From Acutalibacteraceae bacterium (GTDB taxonomy: Bacteria > Bacillota > Clostridia > Oscillospirales > Acutalibacteraceae), in the NCBI GenBank assembly GCA_045602685.1, contig JAZSCC010000106.1:1-38972 (forward strand): DNA of 38,972 nucleotides, given 5' to 3'. Both the position numbers and the translations under genes were made by a program. Every line of letters begins with the position of its first letter. Within the stretch, counting starts at the first letter, position 1. The notes under the pieces are model-generated. The model was not told the DNA's origin. It saw nothing but the letters and a program-made list of their open reading frames with translations, and did no database searches. Below, piece by piece: positions 18,129 to 26,122 of the stretch.

Positions 18129-18650
18129 TCAGCCGTTAAAAACCTTTCCGCTTTCAACCTTAACCTTTGCCGGCACGTTTGAACAGCTGGCAACCGTAGC
18201 ATTACAGTCAATATGTACACAGTCCCCGCATACGCTCGAATGGTTAATCACCGCACCCGCTGAAACTATACAGCCGACACCCAAACGGCACAACGGATTT
18301 ACAACAGCCATAGGCTCTATAATGCAACCCGGCATAACCTTTGCCGATGATGAGACGTGCGCTTTAGGTGATATCAAGGACACAATATTCAGGTCTGTTT
18401 CCAACTTTATCTTTTCAAGAATAGCCAATCTGACTTTACCGTCTCCTATCGCAACAGCTACGTTGCGGTATTCTTTGGATAATTCTTTTAAATCCTCAGA
18501 AGTGCCGATCACATGCGAGCCATCAGGCGTCACATTGCAACGGTCATCAACAAATATTATTTTTGAAAAGCAAGCCATATCTTCAGCGGTTTCTTTCGCC
18601 ACCGTAGAATACACTCCGGCACCTATAATAATTAAGCCGTTATTTGCCAT
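18129..18650 (-). CDS. Hexapeptide-repeat acetyltransferase, PglD/NeuD-like; first gene of the operon
   Basis: 173 aa. The N-terminal LIIIGAGVYS Rossmann-like segment is followed by a beta-helix (VMPGCIIEPMAVVN...VGCIVSAGAVINH...GDCVHIDCNATV). A strong AAGGAG RBS lies upstream of the ATG at 18650. Confidence 0.8.
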   Translation of the reverse strand: MANNGLIIIGAGVYSTVAKETAEDMACFSKIIFVDDRCNVTPDGSHVIGTSEDLKELSKEYRNVAVAIGDGKVRLAILEKIKLETDLNIVSLISPKAHVSSSAKVMPGCIIEPMAVVNPLCRLGVGCIVSAGAVINHSSVCGDCVHIDCNATVASCSNVPAKVKVESGKVFNG

Positions 18651-18755
18651 TAAATCAGCTCTCCTTACCGGAACGTTGTCACGTTACTCGTAAACTTTAC
18701 CATAAAAAACTTCATTGTTCATAGCATATGTATACAAAACACCTAATTATAATTT

Positions 18756-18784
18756 ATCATACCATAAATTTATAGTTTTGACAA
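18756..18784 (-). promoter_or_regulatory. Putative sigma-A promoter of the glycan operon
   Basis: The minus strand reads TTGTCA (18784-18779), a 17-nt spacer, then TATGAT (18761-18756) preceded by TGG. This would give a 5' UTR of about 100 nt before the first gene. Confidence 0.5.
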
Positions 18785-18922
18785 CAAAAAATTGTTGTTT
18801 TATAACTATTTTAATAATACAAAATAAATTAAAACACGACAAAATTAAGATATGACAAAAAACGACACTTCAAACAACTGTTTCAAAACCCTGTTTTTTT
18901 GCAAAACAATTTTAATAACAGC

Positions 18923-18960
18923 AAACCCTCGGTCAAGGTTAATTCTTGCCCGAGGGTTTT
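18923..18960 (-). terminator. Rho-independent terminator after thrS
   Basis: A 10-bp inverted repeat, AAACCCTCGG (18923-18932) and CCGAGGGTTT (18950-18959), is followed on the minus strand by the T-rich tail TTTGCTGTTATT. It is also T-flanked on the plus strand. Confidence 0.7.
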
Positions 18961-18968
18961 TAAACATT

Positions 18969-20771
18969 TTATTTGTAAATCTTTTTAGTGTCAATTTCTT
19001 CCTTAATCTGTGCTATGAAATCTGACAACGACACGGAACCTAAATCCCCGCGATTACGCGAGCGAACCGATACGGTATTTTCTTCAACTTCCTTGTCGCC
19101 GATAATGAGCATATATGGAATTTTTTCCAACTGTGCTTCGCGGATACGGTAGCCCATTTTCTCACCGCGGTCATCACAGGTAACCTTAATTCCTGCCTTT
19201 TTAAGTTCTTCGGTAACAGCCAAAGCCTCATCACGAAGTCTTTCCGACAACGGCAATACTCTGACCTGCTCGGGAGCCATCCATGTCGGCAATGCACCGG
19301 CGAACTTCTCCAAAAGCAAGGCAAGTGTTCTTTCGTAACAACCCAAAGAAGTACGATGGATGATATACGGCGTTTTCTTTTCACCGTCAACATCAACATA
19401 TTCCATACCGAATTTTTTAGCAAGTAACATATCAATCTGAATGGTAATGAGGGTATCCTCTTTGCCATGAACGTTCTTTATCTGAATATCCAGTTTAGGT
19501 CCGTAAAAGGCTGCCTCATCAATACCAACTGAATACTTTAATCCCAGATTATCAAGAATCTTGCCCATAAGACTTTGAGCCTCGTCCCACTGCTTTGGAG
19601 TACCCTCGTACTTGTCGGTGCGATTGGGGTCCCACTGCGAGAAACGGTAGGAAACATCCTCGTCAAGACCAACCGACTTGAGCATATAGTTGGCTAGCTC
19701 TAAGCAACCCTTGAACTCCTCCTCTAACTGTTCGGGACGAAGTACCAAGTGACCTTCAGAAATAGTGAACTGACGTACACGTATAAGTCCGTGCATTTCA
19801 CCCGAATCTTCATTTCTGAAAAGGGTTGAGGTTTCACCCAAACGCATAGGCAAATCACGGTATGAACGCATTTTGTTCAAGAAAACCTGATACTGAAACG
19901 GACAGGTCATAGGGCGCAACGCAAAGCATTCTTTTTCTTCGTCATTGGGGTCTCCCATAACAAACATACCGTCTAAATAATGGTCCCAATGACCTGAAAT
20001 TTTATAAAGTTCACGCTTTGCCATTAGCGGAGTTTTGGTGAGTAAATAGCCACGTCTTTGCTCCTCATCCTCAACAAAACGCTGCAACAGCTGAATTGTT
20101 CTTGCGCCTTTAGGCAACATAATGGGAAGTCCCTGACCGATAGAGTCAACGGTAGTAAAATACTCTAGTTCACGGCCGATTTTGTTGTGGTCACGATTTT
20201 TAGCCTCTTCAACTGCCTTTAAGTATTCATCCAACTCGGGTTGGGTGGCAAATGCAGTGCCGTAAACACGGGTAAGCATTTTATTTTTACTGTCATTTTT
20301 CCAATATGCACCCGAAATTGAGGTCAGTTTAAACGCCTTGAGCGCCTTTGTATAGGTAATGTGCGGTCCACGGCACATATCGGTATAATCACCCTGACGG
20401 TAAAAGCTGATTTCGGCATCCTCGGGCAAATCTGCAATGTGCTCGACCTTGTAAACCTCGCCTGCTTCTTCCATCTGACGAATTGCTTCTGCTCTGGGCA
20501 AAATTTCAGGTTTAATGGGTAAATTTTCCTTAACGATTTTCTTCATTTCGGCCTCGATAGCCGGCAAATCGTCATCGGTCAACTTAACCTCTCCCAAGTC
20601 AACATCATAATAAAATCCTTTTTCGGTTGCGGGACCGTAAGCAAACTTTGCCTCAGGGTAAAGCCTTTTAATTGCCTGTGCCATAATGTGTGCGGCAGAA
20701 TGACGGATAACCTCTAACTCCTCGGCTTCGGGGCACTGGTCAACAACGCCGTTTTGATAAATAACCTTCAT
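18969..20771 (-). CDS. thrS: Threonine--tRNA ligase
   Basis: Editing-domain motif RHSAAHIMAQAIK. The class II core includes RPMTCPFQ, FRNEDSGEMHGLIRVRQF and GPKLDIQ, followed by a C-terminal anticodon-binding domain. The start is taken at MKVIYQNG (ATG at 20771, AAGGAG upstream). The 16 extra codons of the tracked ORF overlap the T-box terminator. Confidence 0.95.
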   Translation of the reverse strand: MKVIYQNGVVDQCPEAEELEVIRHSAAHIMAQAIKRLYPEAKFAYGPATEKGFYYDVDLGEVKLTDDDLPAIEAEMKKIVKENLPIKPEILPRAEAIRQMEEAGEVYKVEHIADLPEDAEISFYRQGDYTDMCRGPHITYTKALKAFKLTSISGAYWKNDSKNKMLTRVYGTAFATQPELDEYLKAVEEAKNRDHNKIGRELEYFTTVDSIGQGLPIMLPKGARTIQLLQRFVEDEEQRRGYLLTKTPLMAKRELYKISGHWDHYLDGMFVMGDPNDEEKECFALRPMTCPFQYQVFLNKMRSYRDLPMRLGETSTLFRNEDSGEMHGLIRVRQFTISEGHLVLRPEQLEEEFKGCLELANYMLKSVGLDEDVSYRFSQWDPNRTDKYEGTPKQWDEAQSLMGKILDNLGLKYSVGIDEAAFYGPKLDIQIKNVHGKEDTLITIQIDMLLAKKFGMEYVDVDGEKKTPYIIHRTSLGCYERTLALLLEKFAGALPTWMAPEQVRVLPLSERLRDEALAVTEELKKAGIKVTCDDRGEKMGYRIREAQLEKIPYMLIIGDKEVEENTVSVRSRNRGDLGSVSLSDFIAQIKEEIDTKKIYK

Positions 20772-20799
20772 ATTTTTACTCTCCTTAACGGGTAATTTT

Positions 20800-20839
20800 A
20801 AAAAATAAAAGCCCTTCAAGTGCTTAACACTTAAAGGGC
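20800..20839 (-). terminator. T-box attenuator terminator
   Basis: The RNA forms GCCCUUUAAGUG-UUAAG-CACUUGAAGGGC, a 12-bp stem with one G-U pair, followed by UUUUAUUUUUU. It sits immediately upstream of the thrS RBS. Confidence 0.85.
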
Positions 20840-21023
20840 GTAAATACGCGGTTCCACCTTTAAAAACTCATCTTACCTTTAACGCAGGCGAGACGTCAGC
20901 CTTGTTACCGGACTGCACTCAGGGGTGGTTTTCATGACCGCAAACTTTTGCAAGGCTTTCAGCCTTTGACCTTGCTCTCTTTAACCGTTTTATCGGCACT
21001 ACTGTCCCCATCAACGCTTTATT
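20800..21023 (-). promoter_or_regulatory. T-box riboswitch leader, threonine-specific (specifier ACC)
   Basis: The minus-strand RNA contains the conserved T-box sequence AAAGGUGGAACCGCG (20861-20847). It also has Stem I elements (GAUGGGGACAGUAG, AGAGAG). The specifier-loop context is GAAAACCA, with ACC at 20929-20927 followed by a purine. A competing terminator lies at 20800-20839. Confidence 0.85.
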
Positions 21024-21029
21024 TACTGT

Positions 21030-21058
21030 ATAATACAACTTATCCCGTCTTTTGTCAA
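21030..21058 (-). promoter_or_regulatory. thrS/T-box sigma-A promoter
   Basis: The minus strand has TTGACA (21058-21053), a 17-nt spacer and TATTAT (21035-21030). Confidence 0.7.
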
Positions 21059-21089
21059 GCGGAAAATATTGCTTTATTACGAGTTTTGA

Positions 21090-21118
21090 TTGACTAATTT
21101 TTATTTTGAATATATAAT
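21090..21118 (+). promoter_or_regulatory. Putative sigma-A promoter for the membrane-protein/pth/mfd genes, divergent from thrS
   Basis: TTGACT (21090-21095), a 17-nt spacer and TATAAT (21113-21118), 30 nt upstream of the ATG at 21149. Confidence 0.6.
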
Positions 21119-21148
21119 GTAATTTGAAAAGTTGTGTGAGGTGAAAAA

Positions 21149-21922
21149 ATGAGTGTAGAGATTATTGAGAAACGCGACTCCTTAGCCGGCGGAACTTTTT
21201 TACCGCCAACCGTATTGACGGTTAAAAAAAGCGCTGCAAGCGGATTGCTTTTAAGTATGGGTATACTAATTTTTATAGTACTTTCGGTTCTTTCGATTTG
21301 CGATTTTTCGGCTGGGGTAGTGCTTATGCCGTTGGGGTTTTTGTTGCTCATTGCACATATCGTTGCCTTTAATAAAGCAAAGGCGGGAAACGGTAACTAC
21401 GGTTTATCTTTTCTCGGAATATCGTATTTATTACCGTTACTTATTGAGTGTGCTTTTTCAATATGGGAAGTGGTTTTGGATAATAAATTTATCGCACCGT
21501 TTTTTAAAAAATTAAGGTTTATGACACTCGACCTTCCCCACCCGTTAGATAGCATTGTCAACCGCACGAATTTTAATATGCGTTTGATTTTCAGTGTTTT
21601 AGTGTTAGTTTTTTGGTGCATCTCACTTATCATAATAACACTTGTCACCTCCAAGCGTAAAAACATACCCTCACTCGGTTTACCGATGGTTTGTTTTATT
21701 GCATTATGCCTTGTTACAGCAGTAGTTTTTGCAGGTGCTGTACATTCGGTAATCACGGGTTATGTTCCGCAGTATATACTGACTTCGTTTGTTCCCGAAT
21801 TTCTTCCCTTTATATTTGCCGGTGTTTTGGGGCTTATTGGGGTATACTCTGTTTTAGCGTGTGTTTATACTATGAATATTTTTGTGAAAATGAAGAAGGT
21901 TAAAAATGTTATTCAAAAGTAA
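21149..21922 (+). CDS. Multi-pass integral membrane protein of unknown function
   Basis: 257 aa with about 6 hydrophobic helices (for example GLLLSMGILIFIVLSVLSI, VVLMPLGFLLLIAHIVAF, LIFSVLVLVFWCISLIIITLV). A GAGGTGA RBS is present. I recognised no family motif. Confidence 0.6.
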   Translation: MSVEIIEKRDSLAGGTFLPPTVLTVKKSAASGLLLSMGILIFIVLSVLSICDFSAGVVLMPLGFLLLIAHIVAFNKAKAGNGNYGLSFLGISYLLPLLIECAFSIWEVVLDNKFIAPFFKKLRFMTLDLPHPLDSIVNRTNFNMRLIFSVLVLVFWCISLIIITLVTSKRKNIPSLGLPMVCFIALCLVTAVVFAGAVHSVITGYVPQYILTSFVPEFLPFIFAGVLGLIGVYSVLACVYTMNIFVKMKKVKNVIQK

Positions 21923-22496
21923 ATCAAAATATGAGTATGTTATTGTAGGGTTAGGCAACCCCGGTCAGAAATACGACGAAACCCGACACAATGTTGGCTT
22001 CAGGTGTGTTGACCGTCTTATAAAAGAGTTTAAAATCGGCGCTGAAAAAAATAAATTTCAATCATTAATTTATGACGGCGAAATCAGCGGTCACAAGGTG
22101 CTTTTTGCAAAACCGCAAACCTTTATGAACAACTCCGGTGCCGCAGTAAATGAGGTGTTAAAATTTTATAAAATCCCTGCAGAACATCTCATTGTGGTAT
22201 CAGACGATGTCACAATGGATGTCGGACGGCTCCGTATAAGAGCCAACGGCACTCACGGAGGACACAACGGACTACGTAATATAATCGAATTGCTTGGAAG
22301 CAATGATTTCCCCCGTGTTAAAATCGGTGTGGGACAAAAGCCGCATCCCGATTACGATTTGGCAGACTGGGTTTTGGGTAAACCGAGCGCCGAGGACAAA
22401 GTGAAAATTGCCGAAACCGAAGAAAAAGCCGCCGAAGCGGTTAATGCCATCGTTACAACGGACATCGGTAGCGCAATGAATAAATATAACAGGTAA
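21906..22496 (+). CDS. pth: Peptidyl-tRNA hydrolase
   Basis: YVIVGLGNPGQKYDETRHNVGF and GGHNGLRNI are Pth signatures. It overlaps the upstream gene by 17 nt. Confidence 0.95.
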   Translation: MLFKSKSKYEYVIVGLGNPGQKYDETRHNVGFRCVDRLIKEFKIGAEKNKFQSLIYDGEISGHKVLFAKPQTFMNNSGAAVNEVLKFYKIPAEHLIVVSDDVTMDVGRLRIRANGTHGGHNGLRNIIELLGSNDFPRVKIGVGQKPHPDYDLADWVLGKPSAEDKVKIAETEEKAAEAVNAIVTTDIGSAMNKYNR

Positions 22497-22501
22497 ACTT
22501 T

Positions 22502-25500
22502 ATGAGTTTTAAGTACCCATTTTTAATCGGGAAACTTAAGAAAACAACTGAATTCGACGGTTTTTTAAAAGCGGTGAACAATCGAATATTTCCTGTTGCT
22601 GTTACAGGCGTGTCACACATACAGCGAGTGATTTTAGCCGCCGCCTCTGCGGCGGAAAACGGCATAAAACCGCTGGTTATTACCGCAGGTGAAGCAGAAA
22701 ACGAGCGTGTGTGTGAGGATTTTGAGTCGTTAGGCTTATCGGTTGCGGTTTTTCCGTCACGGGATTTTGTTTTCAGAAGTAACGTTGCCCGTTCAAGAGA
22801 ATACGAACACAAAAGAATAGGCACCCTCTCTAAGCTTTTAGAGGGGGATTTTGACGTGTGCGTTTTATCAAGCGAGGCGGCTGTCAGTGTTACTCTGCCG
22901 CCTGAAAAATTAGCCGAACGTTGCTTCACTTTAACGGTCGGTCAAAATTATAACCAAACCGAGCTTTTAAATCGACTTATATCAGGCGGATACCAACGTT
23001 CAGAACAGATTGACGGTCCCGGACAGTTTTCTTTGCGCGGCAGTATTGTTGATATTTTTACGCCTAATTTAAGCAACCCTTGTCGGATTGATTTTTTTGG
23101 TGACGAGATTGACAGTATTTCCTCCTTTGACGTTGACACTCAACGCCGTACCGACTCGCTCAACGAATTAAAAATCACCCCCGTTTGTGAAATTTTACCC
23201 GACAGTAATAGCCGACTTGCCGAAAGCCTTGAAAAACTGTCAGACTCAAAAAAATGCAGTGCCGAGCAAAAAAAGAGAATTTCAGAAGACATTAACCGCT
23301 TAAATGCCTCAGCACCGATTGCCTATGACGCATATATAGGACATATTTATGACAAATTTTCGACAATATTCGACTATATTGGCAACGGTTATCACACCGC
23401 CACGTTCATTTTTGACACCAACGCTGTTTTAGATAAGATTGATAACACTTTAAATCTGCATTCCAATGAGATAAAATCCCTTTTGTTAGACGGACAACTA
23501 CCTCCTGACTTCAGGTCGGTCTACCTTGACTGTATTGGGTTTGCAAACTGTTTAAAAACGGCTAACGCTATTTTCTGTGACAGCTTTCCGAAAACATCCT
23601 ACCTTTTGTCACCCAAGACACTTATAAACTTTAAATTTAAGCAAAACAACGGTTTTTCAGGCACAGTTTCAACCCTGTGTGAAGATATAAAAGCCGCAAA
23701 TCATCCGTTAACCGTAATTTTAGCCGGAAGTGAACGCGCCGCCTCTAATCTTTGCGAAGAAATCTGCGACAACGGTATCGTTGCCACCTTTGAGGCCGAG
23801 CCTTCGCGCATTGGTGACAAAGGTATATTTGTTACCACCGGTATTTTATCAAGCGGCATTGAAACGCCCGAATTATCGGTCATTGTCCACGGTAAAACCG
23901 AAATCAAAAAACGCCGACGCCGTTTCACAAAAGGCACCGCAGTAGGTTCTCTGGAAGAACTTCAGCGAGGAGATTATGTTGTTCACGCCACACACGGAAT
24001 CGGTATTTTTGAGGGCGTACAACAGCTTACCACACGAGGTATGACCCGTGATTACATCAAAATTGCCTACGCCGGTAAGGATGCACTTTATGTGCCTGTG
24101 ACCGCCCTTGATATGGTGTCAAAATACATCGGCTCGGCCGAGGACACCACCGTAAAACTTAACAAACTAGGCTCGAGTGACTGGTCAAAAACACGCGCGC
24201 GGGTAAAAAGTGCCGTCAAAGATATTGCAAAACAGCTTACCGCTTTGTATGCAAAACGTATGCAACAAAAGGGGTTTGCCTTTAGTGTTGACGGTGATTT
24301 ACAGTCCGACTTTGAACGCAGATTCCCGTTTGATGAAACCGATGACCAGCTTCGTTGCACATCGGAAATAAAGAACGATATGCAGCGTGCAATTCCTATG
24401 GATAGGCTGCTTTGCGGAGACGTCGGTTTCGGCAAAACCGAGGTAGCCCTACGTGCCGCCTTTAAATGCATTGCCGATGGCAAACAATGTGCCATCTTAG
24501 TGCCGACCACCATCCTCGCTTGGCAACACTACAACACCGCAGTCGAGCGTTTTTCCAATATGGCGGTTGAGGTTGAGATGCTTTCCCGATTCAGAACACC
24601 AAAACAACAGGAAAAAATTAAGAAAAACCTTTCTGTCGGCAATATTGACCTTATAATCGGTACACACAGTCTTATTTCAAAAGACGTGAAATTCAAAGAC
24701 TTAGGACTAATAATAGTTGATGAGGAACAACGTTTCGGCGTTGCCCAAAAGGAGCGTTTAAAGGAACTTTACCCCGAAGTCGATGCTTTAACTCTTTCTG
24801 CAACACCTATCCCCCGTACACTTAATATGGCTTTATCGGGACTTCGGGATATGTCGAGCATTGAAGAAGCACCATTAAACCGACACCCCGTTCAAACCTA
24901 TGTACTAGAGCATGATAAAGGCTTAATCAATGAGGCTATCAACCGAGAGCTGCGCCGAGGCGGTCAGGTTTATTATCTTCATAACCGAACGGAAGATATT
25001 GATGCCTGTGCTCTGAAACTGCAAAAAGACCACCCCGAAGCACGTATCGGTATTGCTCACGGCAAAATGAGCGAGGAGGCGCTTTCTCGTGTTTGGCGCG
25101 AACTGCTTGAGCACGAAATTGATATTTTGGTCTGCACCACCATTATTGAAACGGGTGTTGATGTGCCTAACGTCAATACGCTGATAATCGAAAATTCCGA
25201 CCGCTTCGGATTAGCTCAGCTACACCAATTAAGAGGACGTGTGGGCCGAAGTCACCGTACGGCATATGCTTATCTTTTATTTAATCAAGGTAAGGCTTTG
25301 TCCGAAATTTCGCAAAAACGGCTTGATGCCATCCGCAAGTTTACTGAATTCGGCTCAGGCTTTCGCATCGCAATGAGGGATTTGGAAATCAGAGGTGCCG
25401 GCAGTATTTTAGGCGGCGAACAACACGGGCACATGGAGGCCGTCGGATACGATATGTATTTGAAACTTTTGTCGGATGCGATTGCCGAGGAAAAAGGTGA

Positions 25501-25954
25501 AGCTCCCGAGCCTGAATTAGACTGTCTTATTGATATAAGAATAAGTGCACATATTCCCGAAAAATACATTTCATCCTTGCCACAAAGACTCGCTATGTAC
25601 CGCAGAATTGCGGCTATCCGTTGTGAAAATGACCTTATTGATGTAACCGATGAGCTTATTGACCGCTACGGTGAGCCACCAAAAGCTGTATTAGACCTTA
25701 TGAATATCGCATTCCTGAAAAACAGAGCGGCAGTGTTAGGCGTTACCGAAATCTGTGAACAAAACGGCCGACTTTTGCTATATCCTAACACACTGTCAGA
25801 AAATATTTCCCACCTTTTAACCTCAGACATAAAACGTCGGGTAATGTTCAGTGCAGGTAAGCGGCCTTATGTTTCGGTAAGACCTGAAAATCAGCAAAAT
25901 ATCCTTGACACGCTGAAAACTGTTTTGGATATAATGGAAGTCAGGTATATGTAA
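22502..25954 (+). CDS. mfd: Transcription-repair coupling factor
   Basis: 1150 aa. An RNAP-interacting/CarD-like region (GDYVVHATHGIGIF) is followed by superfamily-2 helicase motifs (GDVGFGKTEVA, DEEQRFGV, LSATPIPRT, QLRGRVGRS). Confidence 0.95.
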   Translation: MSFKYPFLIGKLKKTTEFDGFLKAVNNRIFPVAVTGVSHIQRVILAAASAAENGIKPLVITAGEAENERVCEDFESLGLSVAVFPSRDFVFRSNVARSREYEHKRIGTLSKLLEGDFDVCVLSSEAAVSVTLPPEKLAERCFTLTVGQNYNQTELLNRLISGGYQRSEQIDGPGQFSLRGSIVDIFTPNLSNPCRIDFFGDEIDSISSFDVDTQRRTDSLNELKITPVCEILPDSNSRLAESLEKLSDSKKCSAEQKKRISEDINRLNASAPIAYDAYIGHIYDKFSTIFDYIGNGYHTATFIFDTNAVLDKIDNTLNLHSNEIKSLLLDGQLPPDFRSVYLDCIGFANCLKTANAIFCDSFPKTSYLLSPKTLINFKFKQNNGFSGTVSTLCEDIKAANHPLTVILAGSERAASNLCEEICDNGIVATFEAEPSRIGDKGIFVTTGILSSGIETPELSVIVHGKTEIKKRRRRFTKGTAVGSLEELQRGDYVVHATHGIGIFEGVQQLTTRGMTRDYIKIAYAGKDALYVPVTALDMVSKYIGSAEDTTVKLNKLGSSDWSKTRARVKSAVKDIAKQLTALYAKRMQQKGFAFSVDGDLQSDFERRFPFDETDDQLRCTSEIKNDMQRAIPMDRLLCGDVGFGKTEVALRAAFKCIADGKQCAILVPTTILAWQHYNTAVERFSNMAVEVEMLSRFRTPKQQEKIKKNLSVGNIDLIIGTHSLISKDVKFKDLGLIIVDEEQRFGVAQKERLKELYPEVDALTLSATPIPRTLNMALSGLRDMSSIEEAPLNRHPVQTYVLEHDKGLINEAINRELRRGGQVYYLHNRTEDIDACALKLQKDHPEARIGIAHGKMSEEALSRVWRELLEHEIDILVCTTIIETGVDVPNVNTLIIENSDRFGLAQLHQLRGRVGRSHRTAYAYLLFNQGKALSEISQKRLDAIRKFTEFGSGFRIAMRDLEIRGAGSILGGEQHGHMEAVGYDMYLKLLSDAIAEEKGEAPEPELDCLIDIRISAHIPEKYISSLPQRLAMYRRIAAIRCENDLIDVTDELIDRYGEPPKAVLDLMNIAFLKNRAAVLGVTEICEQNGRLLLYPNTLSENISHLLTSDIKRRVMFSAGKRPYVSVRPENQQNILDTLKTVLDIMEVRYM

Positions 25955-26122
25955 AGAATTTACAATTAAGTCACAAAGACACATAAAAAACACTAGACTT
26001 TTTTAGCGCTTTAATATATACTGTTTTTGTATATAGTGTGTTTATTAATGCATTTTTAAATTTTGATTTCCGATTTTGCTTTTTTATTTTGCGCATAACG
26101 GAAAGAACAGGAGTAAAAAACA

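Noticed and set aside
18651-18968. A possible small RNA, tRNA or CRISPR-like element in the 318-bp AT-rich spacer
   Set aside because: There is no cloverleaf-capable GC-rich segment, no regularly spaced repeats of 24 nt or longer, and no stable structure beyond the thrS terminator. It is better explained as a promoter/operator region.
20772-20819. The N-terminal 16 codons of the tracked 616-aa thrS ORF (MKGFYFLKLPVKESKN)
   Set aside because: This stretch coincides with the T-box terminator hairpin and its U-run. The AAGGAG RBS precedes the internal ATG at 20771, so the extension is almost certainly not translated.
22453-22929. A 158-aa minus-strand ORF overlapping the pth/mfd junction
   Set aside because: It is antisense to two highly conserved genes, with no RBS and no motifs.
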